Positions 44,197 through 53,729 are shown, numbered from the stretch's first letter. The stretch is DNA of 64,000 bases from an uncultured Bacteroidia bacterium (GCA_902799345.1 CADBZW010000020.1:50603-114602); one strand, 5' to 3'. Notes: generated by a model not told the origin, from the letters alone. Program-made: numbers and translations.

Positions 44197-44267
44197 TACA
44201 AAGAAGGCATTTCTTTTGAAATTGATTGGAAAAGCGGCGAGTAATCTGAAAATGATTATTTTCGCAG
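44197..44267 (+). repeat. Copy 2 of the ~72-bp intergenic element (copy 1 at 25251-25323)
   Basis: The sequence is TACAAAGAAGGCATTTCTTTTGAAATTGATTGGAAAAGCGGCGAGTAATCTGAAAATGATTATTTTCGCAG. It ends in TATTTTCG (an imperfect -7 box), 34 nt before the S8 peptidase ATG. Confidence 0.8.
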
Positions 44268-44297
44268 ATTGAAAGTTTGATTAAAAATTGTAATATT

Positions 44298-46397
44298 ATG
44301 AAAACCATACTCAAATCCGCTGCCATTATAGGCGTAATGCTTCTGTCCGTGTTTTCCCATGCACAGCAAGCGCCATCAAATGCCAAAAGCGAAGAAACAG
44401 CCTCCTACGTCGATAACGAACTCATCATCTGGTTGGAGCAAGGTGTGGAGGCCTCGACCTTTGCCGCAAAGTGCGATGCCGCAATCATGCCGAAAAGGCT
44501 TTTATCCAAAAGACTGAATATCTGGCTTTTCGAAATCATCGACAATAAAGAGCCAAGAGAAGAAAAAATGCTCCGCCTATCGAAAAACGCCGATGTTCGG
44601 GTCATACAAAACAACCACACCAACATCAAACTGCGCGAAGCGGTTCCTGACGACTCGTATTATAACATGCAATGGGCACCAGCCATCATGAACCTTCCGC
44701 AAGCCTGGGAAGAATTCACCACTGGCGGTGTCACGGCGACGGGCGACACCATCGTTGTGGCCGTCATCGACGGTGGCGCGGATTGGACCCACGAAGACCT
44801 CAATTGTTGGAGAAACATCCATGAAATTCCCTATAATGGCATCGACGACGACAACAATGGCTATGTTGACGACTATCGTGGATGGAATGCCTACAACCAC
44901 AATGGAACTGTAGGTGCCAACCGCCACGGCACCCATGTCTCGGGCATCATCGGAGCCGTCGGAAACAACGGAAAAGGTGTTTGCGGCGTGAACTGGAACG
45001 TGAAAGTCATGTCCATTTGTGGGAGTTCGAGCAATGAGTCCATTGTTGTGGAGGCCTACTCGTATGCTTTGGAAATGCGGGCGCGATACAACGAAACCAA
45101 CGGCGAGGAAGGTGCTTTCATCGTGGCCACCAATTCCTCTTTCGGTGTCGATTATGGGAATCCTGACGACTATCCCATTTGGTGCTCGATGTACGACGAA
45201 ATGGGCAACGTGGGCATATTGAGCTGCGGCGCCGGACCCAACATGAACGTAAACGTTGATGTGGTCGGCGATGTCCCTTCAGCCTGCCCGGGCAACTACC
45301 TGATTGGCATTACCAATACCACTTCTGCCGATGAGAAGTACGGAGGCGCCGGTTATGGCATCAACAATATCGACCTTGGCGCACCTGGAACGAGCATCTA
45401 TTCCACGACACCCAACAACGACTACGGCAACTCAACCGGGACCTCTATGGCCACCCCACAAGTTTCGGGAACCATTGCACTGATGTATGCGGCCTTGCCT
45501 TACGAAAAAATGGTAGCCTGCAAAAGCGACCCGGCCAGTTTCTGCCTTTCGGTAAAACAGTCGCTTTTCGACGGTGCCGACCATTTGCCTTCCCTCGACG
45601 GACTTGTCGCCGAAAGCAGAAGGCTCAATGCTTACAGTGCCATCGACAAGTTATTGAGCGACAGCATCATACCTTCATTGATCGGCGAAGTCAAGATTGT
45701 CGGCGATCCAGTTTTCGGGCAAACGTTGACCGCCGAGGCCGATTTGAGTTCCATGCCACCCATTCCCGACTTTGGCGCGTTGACTTACCAATGGCGAAGA
45801 GACACAACATACATTGAAAACGCTGTATTCCAGACTTATACATTAACAGAGGACGACATAGACGAGATTATCCGTGTACAAGTGACAGCCGAAAACTGCA
45901 TCGGAAATGTGGTTTCGCCTCTTGTCGGCCCAGTGAGAAAAGCCGAGCAAACCATGCCTGAGGCTCCCCAATTGGAAAGCAACACCGAAACAAGCATCAC
46001 CCTTGTCGCCATAGAGGATGGCGAGTATAACATCAATGGGGGCGCATGGCAAAGTTCTCCTTTGTTTGAAGGGCTTACGCCAGGCACGTCCTATCTTTTC
46101 ACACAACGCAAAATGGAAACGCGCTCACATTATGCCTCACCCATAAGCCCCGAGGCTGAGTTTTGCACCACACTGTATGATGCTGTTTGCGAGAACCATA
46201 GAAGCACTTTCAAACTCTATCCCAACCCAAGCAACGGATATGTGACGATTGAAGGCTTTGGCACTTTGACCGTCGTAAACGCCATCGGTCAAACCATTCT
46301 GACAAAGGAAATCAATGGCAAAGAAAAACTGGAATTGCCCCAAGGAATCTATTTCATAAAAATGAATGGTGAGACGCGGAAAATCGTGGTGGAATGA
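44298..46397 (+). CDS. S8-family subtilisin-like serine peptidase with T9SS C-terminal sorting domain
   Basis: A signal peptide begins at MKTILKSAAIIGVMLLSVFSHAQQ. The catalytic contexts are Asp VAVIDGGADW, His HGTHVSGIIGA and Ser GTSMATPQVSG. The C-terminal domain is FKLYPNPSNGYVTIE...VVNAIGQTIL...GIYFIKM. Confidence 0.9.
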   Translation: MKTILKSAAIIGVMLLSVFSHAQQAPSNAKSEETASYVDNELIIWLEQGVEASTFAAKCDAAIMPKRLLSKRLNIWLFEIIDNKEPREEKMLRLSKNADVRVIQNNHTNIKLREAVPDDSYYNMQWAPAIMNLPQAWEEFTTGGVTATGDTIVVAVIDGGADWTHEDLNCWRNIHEIPYNGIDDDNNGYVDDYRGWNAYNHNGTVGANRHGTHVSGIIGAVGNNGKGVCGVNWNVKVMSICGSSSNESIVVEAYSYALEMRARYNETNGEEGAFIVATNSSFGVDYGNPDDYPIWCSMYDEMGNVGILSCGAGPNMNVNVDVVGDVPSACPGNYLIGITNTTSADEKYGGAGYGINNIDLGAPGTSIYSTTPNNDYGNSTGTSMATPQVSGTIALMYAALPYEKMVACKSDPASFCLSVKQSLFDGADHLPSLDGLVAESRRLNAYSAIDKLLSDSIIPSLIGEVKIVGDPVFGQTLTAEADLSSMPPIPDFGALTYQWRRDTTYIENAVFQTYTLTEDDIDEIIRVQVTAENCIGNVVSPLVGPVRKAEQTMPEAPQLESNTETSITLVAIEDGEYNINGGAWQSSPLFEGLTPGTSYLFTQRKMETRSHYASPISPEAEFCTTLYDAVCENHRSTFKLYPNPSNGYVTIEGFGTLTVVNAIGQTILTKEINGKEKLELPQGIYFIKMNGETRKIVVE

Positions 46398-46401
46398 TTT
46401 T

Positions 46402-46854
46402 TCACTCCCGCCTTTTCGAGTCCATCAAAATCGTTACTGGACCATCGTTGAGCAGCTCCACGGCCATCATCGCGCCGAACTCGCCGCTTTGCACTTCGCG
46501 GCCTGAGATTTCGGCCAAGCGTTTCAAGAACAATTCATAAAGCGGAATGGCCTGCTCGGGACGGGCGGCACGGATGAAACTGGGGCGGTTGCCTTTCTTG
46601 GTCAAGGCATGGAGCGTGAATTGGCTCACGACGAGGAAAGAACCGCCGACTTGGTTGATGTCCAAATTCATAGAGTCGTTGCCGTCGTCGAAGATACGGA
46701 GTTTGCTGAGCTTGGTGCAAAGCCAGTCCACGTCCTCGGCAGTGTCGGCCTCCTCTATGCCGAGAAGGATCAACATTCCGAGGCCGATTTCAGATTTCAC
46801 CTTCCCGCCAATCGTGACGGAAGCGTGGGTTACTCTTTGTGCTACAATTCTCAT
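46402..46854 (-). CDS. dtd: D-aminoacyl-tRNA deacylase
   Basis: Contains MRIVAQRVTHASVTIGGKVKSEIGLGMLILLGI...LVVSQFTL...NRPSF. Confidence 0.95.
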   Translation of the reverse strand: MRIVAQRVTHASVTIGGKVKSEIGLGMLILLGIEEADTAEDVDWLCTKLSKLRIFDDGNDSMNLDINQVGGSFLVVSQFTLHALTKKGNRPSFIRAARPEQAIPLYELFLKRLAEISGREVQSGEFGAMMAVELLNDGPVTILMDSKRRE

Positions 46855-46864
46855 TTTCTTTTGA

Positions 46865-46944
46865 CTTCGGGACTACGGGACTTCGAGACTAAGGGGCTTC
46901 AAAACCTGATTTGTCTCGCAGTCCCGCAGTCTCGCGTCTCGTAG
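46865..46944. repeat. Periodic GC-rich word repeat forming an imperfect long hairpin (CGGGAC/CGAGAC arm versus GTCTCG/GTCCCG arm)
   Basis: The sequence is cttCGGGACtaCGGGACttCGAGACtaagggg...ttGTCTCGcaGTCCCGcaGTCTCGcGTCTCGtagtc. It lies between holA and dtd on the same strand. Confidence 0.85.
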
Positions 46945-47964
46945 TCAATGCATTAATTTGAAAATCATCTCTCTATACAAATCCTTCTCGCTCGTGTCGC
47001 CGCTGTCGTAGCCTTTCGACTTCATGTCGAACTCACGAAGGATGGAGATGTTGCGGATGCACATCTGTGGAGGGATGTTGCGGGCAGCAGCCAGATAGTC
47101 TTTCACGAAAAACGGACTAACACCCAGAACGCTCGCCAGGTTGCCCTGCGACTTGTCCTGCGTGCAGTGCAGCTTCATGATTTTGGTGTAATAACTATAA
47201 AGGTTGATTGCCGTCACCAAAAGCGGATTTTCCTTGGTGTTGTCGCCGAAATAGTTCACGATGCGGTTGGCTTTCAGCACGTCGCGGCTACCGATGGCAT
47301 TCTGAAGCTCGAACACGTTGAAGTCCTTTGAGATACCGATGTTGCGTTCCACGTCGGCATCGTCGATGCTCTTGTTTTTGGGCAGGGAAATGATGAGTTT
47401 CTGAAGCTCGTTGGCGATTTTGTTGAGGTCGGTGCCAAGGTAGTCGGCCAACATCTGTGTGGCTTTCGGCTGAATGGAATAGCCTTTGTCTTTGAGATAG
47501 CCCTGAATCCAACCAGGTATATTGTTGTCATACAGCTTCTTCGACTCAAAGTAAACGCCTTTCTTGTCAAGTTTCTTGGCGAAAGTCTTGCGTTTGTCTA
47601 ACTTCTTGTATTTGTAGACAAAAACGAGCAAAGTCGTTTCGGGCAGCGTATCCAAGTAAGGCTCAAAATTCTCCAAGTTTTTCACATCCTGCGCCTCCTT
47701 GACGATGACCACCATGCGCTCGCCCATCATTGGGAACGAGCGGGCATGGTTGGCGATGGTCTCCACATCCACGTCGCGGCCGTAGACCACAATCTGATTG
47801 AAGGCACGGTCGGCCTCATCCAAGGCCTCGTTCTCGATGGTGTCGGCAATCATGTCGATGAAATACGGCTCGTCGCCCGTCAGGAAATAGACTGGCGCGA
47901 ATTGTTTCTTGTGGATCTCGGAGAGAATCTGTTCGTAGGTTTTCATGTCTGTTGTTTTTGACAC
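46945..47964 (-). CDS. holA: DNA polymerase III delta subunit
   Basis: The protein is 339 aa. It contains FAPVYFLTGDEPYFID...IVVYG...MVVIVKEAQ and has a typical HolA length and layout. Confidence 0.8.
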   Translation of the reverse strand: MSKTTDMKTYEQILSEIHKKQFAPVYFLTGDEPYFIDMIADTIENEALDEADRAFNQIVVYGRDVDVETIANHARSFPMMGERMVVIVKEAQDVKNLENFEPYLDTLPETTLLVFVYKYKKLDKRKTFAKKLDKKGVYFESKKLYDNNIPGWIQGYLKDKGYSIQPKATQMLADYLGTDLNKIANELQKLIISLPKNKSIDDADVERNIGISKDFNVFELQNAIGSRDVLKANRIVNYFGDNTKENPLLVTAINLYSYYTKIMKLHCTQDKSQGNLASVLGVSPFFVKDYLAAARNIPPQMCIRNISILREFDMKSKGYDSGDTSEKDLYREMIFKLMH

Positions 47965-48032
47965 GAAACACAGGACTGCGGGACACGAGGCGAGACCAAT
48001 AACTCGCGTCTCGTGTCTTGAAGTCTCGTGTC
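47965..48032. repeat. Periodic GC-rich word repeat with hairpin potential (GACACGAG ... CTCGTGTC; GAGAC ... GTCTC)
   Basis: The sequence is gacacgaaacacaGGACTgCGGGACaCGAGgCGAGACcaataactcgcGTCTCGtGTCTTgaaGTCTCGtgtc. Confidence 0.8.
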
Positions 48033-48801
48033 AGAATTTCAAGTGCTTGACGGTGATACCATTATTAATCAATTGTCGCAGCGAGTCGATGCCGATGCGG
48101 AGGTGTTCACCAACGTAGTTCTTGCTGACGATCTTGTCGCTTTCCTCTGTCTTCACGCCTTCGGGCACCATGGGGTTGTCTGACACCAACAGCAAGGCTC
48201 CAGTCGGGATTTCGTTGTGGAACCCGACTGTGAAAATGGTTGCCGTTTCCATATCGACGGCCATGCAGCGAATCTTGCGGAGATAGTCTTTGAATTCGTC
48301 GTCGTGTTCCCAAACGCGGCGGTTGGTGGTGTAGACCGTGCCGGTCCAATAGTCACGACCATAGTCACGAATGGTTGTGGAGATGGCCTTTTCAAGGCTG
48401 AATGCTGGCAATGCAGGCACCTCAGGCGGGAAATAGTCGTTCGAGGTACCTTCGCCACGAATGGCAGCAATAGGAAGGATCAAGTCGCCGACCTTGTTGA
48501 TTTTCTTGATGCCACCGCATTTGCCGAGAAACAACACCGCCTTGGGTTGAATGGCACTCAGCAGGTCCATGATGGTAGCGGCATTGGCGCTGCCCATGCT
48601 GAAGTTGATGATGGTGATTTCTCCATCAGTGGCGCAAGGCATGGAGCGGTCACGGCCGACGACTTCCACGCCCTGCCATTCGGCAAAGCGATCCACATAG
48701 TTTTGGAAGTTGGTCAGCAGAATGTATTTCCCGAACTTCTCCAAAGGCAGACCCGTATAACGCGGCAGCCAATTTTCCACTATTTCTTTTTTGGTCTTCA
48801 T
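48031..48801 (-). CDS. Nucleoside phosphorylase-fold protein, short AMP nucleosidase-like
   Basis: Contains MKTKKEIVENWLPRYTG...ITIINFSMGSANAATIMDLL...VLFLGKCGG...MAVDMETATIF (PNP/UDP-1 family pattern). Confidence 0.6.
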   Translation of the reverse strand: MKTKKEIVENWLPRYTGLPLEKFGKYILLTNFQNYVDRFAEWQGVEVVGRDRSMPCATDGEITIINFSMGSANAATIMDLLSAIQPKAVLFLGKCGGIKKINKVGDLILPIAAIRGEGTSNDYFPPEVPALPAFSLEKAISTTIRDYGRDYWTGTVYTTNRRVWEHDDEFKDYLRKIRCMAVDMETATIFTVGFHNEIPTGALLLVSDNPMVPEGVKTEESDKIVSKNYVGEHLRIGIDSLRQLINNGITVKHLKF

Positions 48802-48838
48802 TTGCTTTCAATTATTTGTGCAAAAATAAGAAAAAAAA

Positions 48839-49594
48839 CTATAACAACCCATAATTAATAGCAAACGACAATGCTTCAGTAATATTCTCAACCTCCAATT
48901 TCTCAAACACTTGCTTGCGATAAAACTTTACCGTGTCGATGGATTTGCATACCTTTTCGGCGATTTCCTTCATCGTATAACCTTGAGCCGAAAGCACCAA
49001 AACTTCCTTCTCTTCGGGCTTCAACTTGATTTCGTCTTGATCTATCCATTGGTGCTCGGTCAAAGTATACACGCTGTATTGGCTGGTTCCCCAATGACGA
49101 AATTCAATGTGTCCAGCCTCCTTACGTGAGGAAAGTGACACCGTGCAAAGTGCCAGCCAAACTTGTCCCAAATCATTCAACACAAGTGGCGTGATTTTAT
49201 GATTGATAAGCAATTTCTTCCCACCTGAAAGGATATGGAAATCATACGACATCAAGCAATGTTTTTTTTCTTCGCGTGGCGTGGCATTGAAGGCCGAAAA
49301 TCCTGCCTGATTAAGCTCTGTCAACATCGGAAGTTCGGCCTCAGGCACGTGGTTCAGATAAAAACCATAGCCCATCTCCATCACCTCTTTGGCAGAATGC
49401 CCGCAAAGAAATATCGGATTGTCAGATACATACAGAAATCTTTTCTTGAAGTAATCGATGATGTATATAGACTGGTAAGTCGTTTGCGCAAAGGCTTTAG
49501 CTGTTTCGATATATGGCTTGATTCGCAGGTAATCCGCCTCCGTGATGCTTTCCACGCGGTTTTTCTCGTTGAAAAAGTCTTCAATTTGGGTCAT
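48839..49594 (-). CDS. LuxR-family transcriptional regulator with N-terminal sensor (PAS-like) domain
   Basis: The C-terminal HTH is EKEVLVLSAQGYTMKEIAEKVCKSIDTVKFYRKQVFEKLEVENITEAL. Confidence 0.75.
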   Translation of the reverse strand: MTQIEDFFNEKNRVESITEADYLRIKPYIETAKAFAQTTYQSIYIIDYFKKRFLYVSDNPIFLCGHSAKEVMEMGYGFYLNHVPEAELPMLTELNQAGFSAFNATPREEKKHCLMSYDFHILSGGKKLLINHKITPLVLNDLGQVWLALCTVSLSSRKEAGHIEFRHWGTSQYSVYTLTEHQWIDQDEIKLKPEEKEVLVLSAQGYTMKEIAEKVCKSIDTVKFYRKQVFEKLEVENITEALSFAINYGLL

Positions 49595-49638
49595 AATTGT
49601 AGCTTTCGTTTCGCAAAATTACAAAAAATGGCCATTCC

Positions 49639-49692
49639 TTACCCAAAAGGGTAATTCTTCGCTCTTCAAACCATTATTACCCGTTTGGGTAA
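49639..49692. promoter_or_regulatory. Two perfect palindromes TTACCC-N4-GGGTAA, 38 bp centre-to-centre (candidate operator pair)
   Basis: Site 1 is 49639-49654 (TTACCCAAAAGGGTAA). Site 2 is 49677-49692 (TTACCCGTTTGGGTAA). An extra half-site TTACCC lies at 49712-49717. The sites sit in the divergent LuxR / outer-membrane-receptor intergenic region. Confidence 0.55.
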
Positions 49693-49743
49693 CAATGCGG
49701 TCTGGTCCATATTACCCGTGTTCAACATCAAATTTCAGCCGTA

Positions 49744-52056
49744 ATGAAAAGACTGCTTTTTATCCCCGTGCTCTGCTTGATGGCGATAGTCGCCCAAGCG
49801 CAAAACATCAATGGAAGAATCATCGACGAAAACGACTATCCCTTGCCTTTCGCCAATGTGGTTTTATTGTCGTTGCCCGACTCAACATTTGTGCAAGGTG
49901 CTGTTTCGGATATCAACGGACAGTTTTGCATCGAGGCAAAGCAGGCCCAAGGATTGCTGAAAGTTTCAAGCATCGGCTATGTTTCGCAATTCATTAAATG
50001 CCTTGGCGGAAATGTGGGCGACATCAAAATGATGCCCGACCAACATCTTTTGAATGAAGTGGAAGTGACGGCTTCGCGACCAACTTACAAAATGACCTCT
50101 GAAGGCATTGCCACGCAAGTGGAAAACTCGGTGCTGAGCAAGGCGGGAACGGCAGAAGATGTGCTGGCCAAAATCCCTGGCTTGACCAAAAAAGGCGAAG
50201 GTTTTGAAGTGTTCGGCAAAGGTGCTCCGCTTATCTATATCAATGGGCGCGAGATACGCGATGTGTCTGAACTCGACCAACTGAAATCAGAAGACATTAA
50301 AAACGTGGAGGTTATCACCAATCCGGGAGCGAGTTATGATGCCTCGGTGAAATGTGTTGTCAAGATACGCACCAAGCTCGTGCAAGGCGAAGGCTTCGGT
50401 TTTGATATGCGTTCCTCTTACTATCAATCGGAAAACACCGACCTCGTAGAACAACTCAACTGGAATTATCGCCACAACAAATTAGATGTGTTCGGCACAC
50501 TACATTATTCCTTGACCAACATTCGCTGGCAAAGCATCACCACCACGATTGTACCCTCCGACACCTTATGGGAGCAACTGTTTATCCAAGACAATCGCAT
50601 CAAAAGCCAAACCTCGCGCAATGTGATTGGTGCCAATTACGCTTTCGATGAGAATAATTCCATCGGTTTCCGCTATAACTTCACGCTTCGACCTGACAGA
50701 ATACAAACACCTTGGTCGTCAAGTGACATTACCGCCAATGGTCAGTATTTTGACCACATGGAAAACACGGTCGTTGGCAGAACGACTTATCAGCAACCTG
50801 CACATACGATAAATGCTTATTACAGAGGCAAAATCGGTGAAGCTGAAATCAATTTCAACACGGACTTTTTGAGCAACGACAGCCACGAATACGCCCTTTT
50901 CAACGAACAAAGCGACAGTCAGGAAAGCCGCATCTTTACCTCGGAAAACATCGTAAAGAATCAGCTTTTCGCCTCAAAACTCACGGTTGATTATCCGCTT
51001 TTTGGCGGTAATCTGACGGCTGGTGCAGAGTACACCAACACCCACCGCAACGACGACTACATCCAGCCCGAAAACTATGTGCCGACTTCCTTCGCCAAGT
51101 TAGAAGAGTCGAACATAGCACCTTTTGTGGAATACAGCCGCGAAACACCTATCGGGCAACTTTCAGCAGGCCTACGCTACGAATGGGTGAAGTTCGACTA
51201 TTTTGAAAACGGTCTCCACATCGATGAGCAAAGTCGCAATTTCGGCAACTTTTTCCCCAGTCTCTCTTTCGCCACACAAATCGATCAAGTGCAACTGCAA
51301 TTGAGTTATGCCGCCAAGACTCGCCGCCCTACTTATAATCAATTGAGTAACAATATGAGTTATGGCAACCGCTTCTTGATGCAGACAGGTAATCCCTCTT
51401 TGAAACACGAATATGTACACGACCTCACTTTGATGGGACTTTGGAAGTTTCTGCAATGCTCGGTGAATTACAGCGACCGCAAAGATGCTATCATTATGTG
51501 GTCCAAGCCTTTGGAGGGGCATAGTAGCGTCACGGTCATCACGCAAACGAACATCCCATCTCTGAAAAGCGTTTCGGCAATGGTGGCTGTGGCTCCGAAA
51601 TTCGAAATTTGGTCGCCTCAACTTACTGTCGCAATGGAAAAGCAATGGTTCACACTGCATACTTCCACTGGCGATTACGTATTGAACCGACCTGTATTTC
51701 AATTTGGTATGGATAACAGTTTTGAATTCGGTCACGGCTGGGTGGCTTCCATCGATGGTTGGTTAACCACCATCGGCGACCAAGAAAACGGTTCGTTCAT
51801 TGGAAATACTGGGTCGCTGAACATTAGCCTTACCAAAACCTTCTTTGACGACCGACTTTCCATCCGCTTGCAAGGCTACGACTTGCTTGGAACCGAAAAG
51901 AACAAAATGCTCTCATACTTTGACGGCATCCAAACCAAGCAAATCGGCTGGAGCGACAGCCGCGAGTTTGGTCTCACCATACGCTACAAGTTCAACACCG
52001 CGCGCAGCAAGTACAAAGGCACTGGGGCGGGAAATGAAGAGAAGAATAGACTGTAA
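49744..52056 (+). CDS. Outer-membrane beta-barrel receptor (TonB-dependent-receptor-like) with CarboxypepD_reg N-terminal domain
   Basis: The signal peptide is followed by NINGRIIDENDYPLPFANVVLL. A plug-like segment (KIPGLTKKGEGFEVFGKGAPLIYINGREI) precedes a long beta-strand-rich C-terminus. Confidence 0.8.
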   Translation: MKRLLFIPVLCLMAIVAQAQNINGRIIDENDYPLPFANVVLLSLPDSTFVQGAVSDINGQFCIEAKQAQGLLKVSSIGYVSQFIKCLGGNVGDIKMMPDQHLLNEVEVTASRPTYKMTSEGIATQVENSVLSKAGTAEDVLAKIPGLTKKGEGFEVFGKGAPLIYINGREIRDVSELDQLKSEDIKNVEVITNPGASYDASVKCVVKIRTKLVQGEGFGFDMRSSYYQSENTDLVEQLNWNYRHNKLDVFGTLHYSLTNIRWQSITTTIVPSDTLWEQLFIQDNRIKSQTSRNVIGANYAFDENNSIGFRYNFTLRPDRIQTPWSSSDITANGQYFDHMENTVVGRTTYQQPAHTINAYYRGKIGEAEINFNTDFLSNDSHEYALFNEQSDSQESRIFTSENIVKNQLFASKLTVDYPLFGGNLTAGAEYTNTHRNDDYIQPENYVPTSFAKLEESNIAPFVEYSRETPIGQLSAGLRYEWVKFDYFENGLHIDEQSRNFGNFFPSLSFATQIDQVQLQLSYAAKTRRPTYNQLSNNMSYGNRFLMQTGNPSLKHEYVHDLTLMGLWKFLQCSVNYSDRKDAIIMWSKPLEGHSSVTVITQTNIPSLKSVSAMVAVAPKFEIWSPQLTVAMEKQWFTLHTSTGDYVLNRPVFQFGMDNSFEFGHGWVASIDGWLTTIGDQENGSFIGNTGSLNISLTKTFFDDRLSIRLQGYDLLGTEKNKMLSYFDGIQTKQIGWSDSREFGLTIRYKFNTARSKYKGTGAGNEEKNRL

Positions 52057-52090
52057 ATGAAAAATTCTTGCGACCAATAACAAAAATATC

Positions 52091-52098
52091 TATTTTTG
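52091..52098 (+). promoter_or_regulatory. -7 promoter box TATTTTTG for the toxin-antitoxin module
   Basis: An exact TAnnTTTG followed by CAG, 23 nt upstream of the ATG at 52121. Confidence 0.45.
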
Positions 52099-52120
52099 CA
52101 GAGTTAAATGCCTCCATCGT

Positions 52121-52279
52121 ATGCAAACTACAACGACAACTATAAAGCACACTAATAAAGGTACCTCATATCGCCTAAAGGAAAAGGTTTATCCTAAAAC
52201 CTTGAAAGGCTGTTTCTCTTTCGAAGAGTTTCAAGACCTGTTGAACGAGAAAATCAGAAAGCATTATGAAGAGGTATGA
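52121..52279 (+). CDS. Candidate antitoxin (52 aa, below the ORF-track cutoff)
   Basis: Hand-translated as MQTTTTTIKHTNKGTSYRLKEKVYPKTLKGCFSFEEFQDLLNEKIRKHYEEV. It overlaps the ParE-like gene start by 14 nt. Confidence 0.4.
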   Translation: MQTTTTTIKHTNKGTSYRLKEKVYPKTLKGCFSFEEFQDLLNEKIRKHYEEV

Positions 52280-52580
52280 AATCCAGATTCGTAATGTAGT
52301 AAAGAAAGACATTGAGCAAATCAAGGATTTCATTGTCGAAAAAAACAGCCGCGAACACGCTGAGCGTTACGCGGCTGAACTTTATGCGGAGATGCTCTCT
52401 TTGACTTTTCTTGCGGATAGCATAAAGGTTACCGAGTGGAAAATCGCCAAGAAATACAGCAAAAGCAAAAGAGAAAAAGTGCTTGTAACCCACAACAAAA
52501 AGTGGAGCATCTTTTTTCATACTTATAGAGATAAAGTCATCATTGACAAGATTTTGGCTTCAAAATTAGTGAAAGAATAA
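52266..52580 (+). CDS. ParE/RelE-superfamily toxin-like protein (104 aa)
   Basis: The size, the N-terminal Y-I-I...A..DI..I..FI pattern, and the C-terminal WSIFFHTYRDKVIIDKIL resemble ParE-type toxins. The gene is AT-rich. Confidence 0.5.
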   Translation: MKRYEIQIRNVVKKDIEQIKDFIVEKNSREHAERYAAELYAEMLSLTFLADSIKVTEWKIAKKYSKSKREKVLVTHNKKWSIFFHTYRDKVIIDKILASKLVKE

Positions 52581-52582
52581 AA

Positions 52583-52984
52583 ATGACCCACTACCCCGTA
52601 AAAATACTAATGGCTTTCGGCTGCACCTTTGAGCCTGGAAGCGACGAAATCTTCGAGTGGCTCATGAAGAACGGATATCCCGAGCTCGGAGCCTTCAGCC
52701 GTGCCATACAAGGCGAAGCCAAAGCCAAGGAATGGCTTTTGAAGAACGGTTTTCTCCAACTGGTGGCCATCGACAGCGTCATCGACAAAGACGAGAACGC
52801 CGAAGCATGGCTTGCCAAAAACCATTTTGAAGTCGACTTAGCCTTTGCAAGAGCCATCAATTGCGACGACGACGCCACGGAATGGCTAGAGAAAAGGGAT
52901 TTGCAGGTTTTTGTCATTATCGCAAAAAAGATTCGCAAATATCTGGACGACAAATACTTAGACTATCATAAAATCCATTTTTAA
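52583..52984 (+). CDS. Hypothetical repeat protein (133 aa) with four ~24-aa EWL-x-KNG-type repeats
   Basis: The repeats are EIFEWLMKNGYPELGAFSRAIQGE / AKEWLLKNGFLQLVAIDSVIDKDE / AEAWLAKNHFEVDLAFARAINCDD / ATEWLEKRDLQVFVIIAKKIRKY. The gene starts 2 nt after the toxin stop. Confidence 0.6.
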   Translation: MTHYPVKILMAFGCTFEPGSDEIFEWLMKNGYPELGAFSRAIQGEAKAKEWLLKNGFLQLVAIDSVIDKDENAEAWLAKNHFEVDLAFARAINCDDDATEWLEKRDLQVFVIIAKKIRKYLDDKYLDYHKIHF

Positions 52985-53074
52985 TTTCAAGCGCATTTTT
53001 TTGAGCCACATTAAGAAAAAAATCCTACCTTTGCAGCCAATCAAAAAGAGTAAGAATTAGAAAATCATACTACA

Positions 53075-53716
53075 ATGAAAAAAGGATTATCCATCGTCAT
53101 CAACATCGTCCTGTTTGCCATCATCGTCCTGTTAGCATGGCAAGTCGTCAAGAGCATCCAGGCTCCCATTAAGTTCAACAACGAGCAGAAAGCCCGTGAG
53201 GCCAAAGTCGTTGAACGCCTCATCGACATCCGCAATGCCGAGGTGCTTTACAAAAACGCCACCAACAAGTACACGAACAGCTTCGACACTTTGATTAAGT
53301 TCTGCCAGACGGCCGAAATCCCGATCGTGAAAATCGTTCCCGACCCGACCGACACCACCTTCACCCGTACCATCAACGACACCATCGGTTTCATCATGGT
53401 GATGGACTCGCTCAAGGCTGGCCGCGATAATTTCAACATCAACGAGATGAAGATCGTGCCTTTTGGAGCCAACAACGAGCAATTTGAACTTGAAGCTGGT
53501 AACATCAGCCGCAACGGCATTGAGATCCCTGTCTTCGAAGCCCGCACGCCTTACGAGGTCTACCTGGCCACTCCGGGTGCCGCCTTCAACGAGAAGGAAT
53601 GGAAGCAGCGCGTCGACAACGCCAAGGCTGAGAAAGAAAGCATCAATCGTTACGCCGGTCTGAAAGTCGGCTCGATGGAAGAAGCCTCTACTGACGGTAA
53701 CTGGGAGAAACTCTAA
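53075..53716 (+). CDS. Hypothetical membrane-anchored protein (213 aa)
   Basis: The N-terminal TM is LSIVINIVLFAIIVLLAW. A TACCTTTG box lies at 53026-53033. Confidence 0.6.
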   Translation: MKKGLSIVINIVLFAIIVLLAWQVVKSIQAPIKFNNEQKAREAKVVERLIDIRNAEVLYKNATNKYTNSFDTLIKFCQTAEIPIVKIVPDPTDTTFTRTINDTIGFIMVMDSLKAGRDNFNINEMKIVPFGANNEQFELEAGNISRNGIEIPVFEARTPYEVYLATPGAAFNEKEWKQRVDNAKAEKESINRYAGLKVGSMEEASTDGNWEKL

Positions 53717-53729
53717 ACCGTTAGGATGA

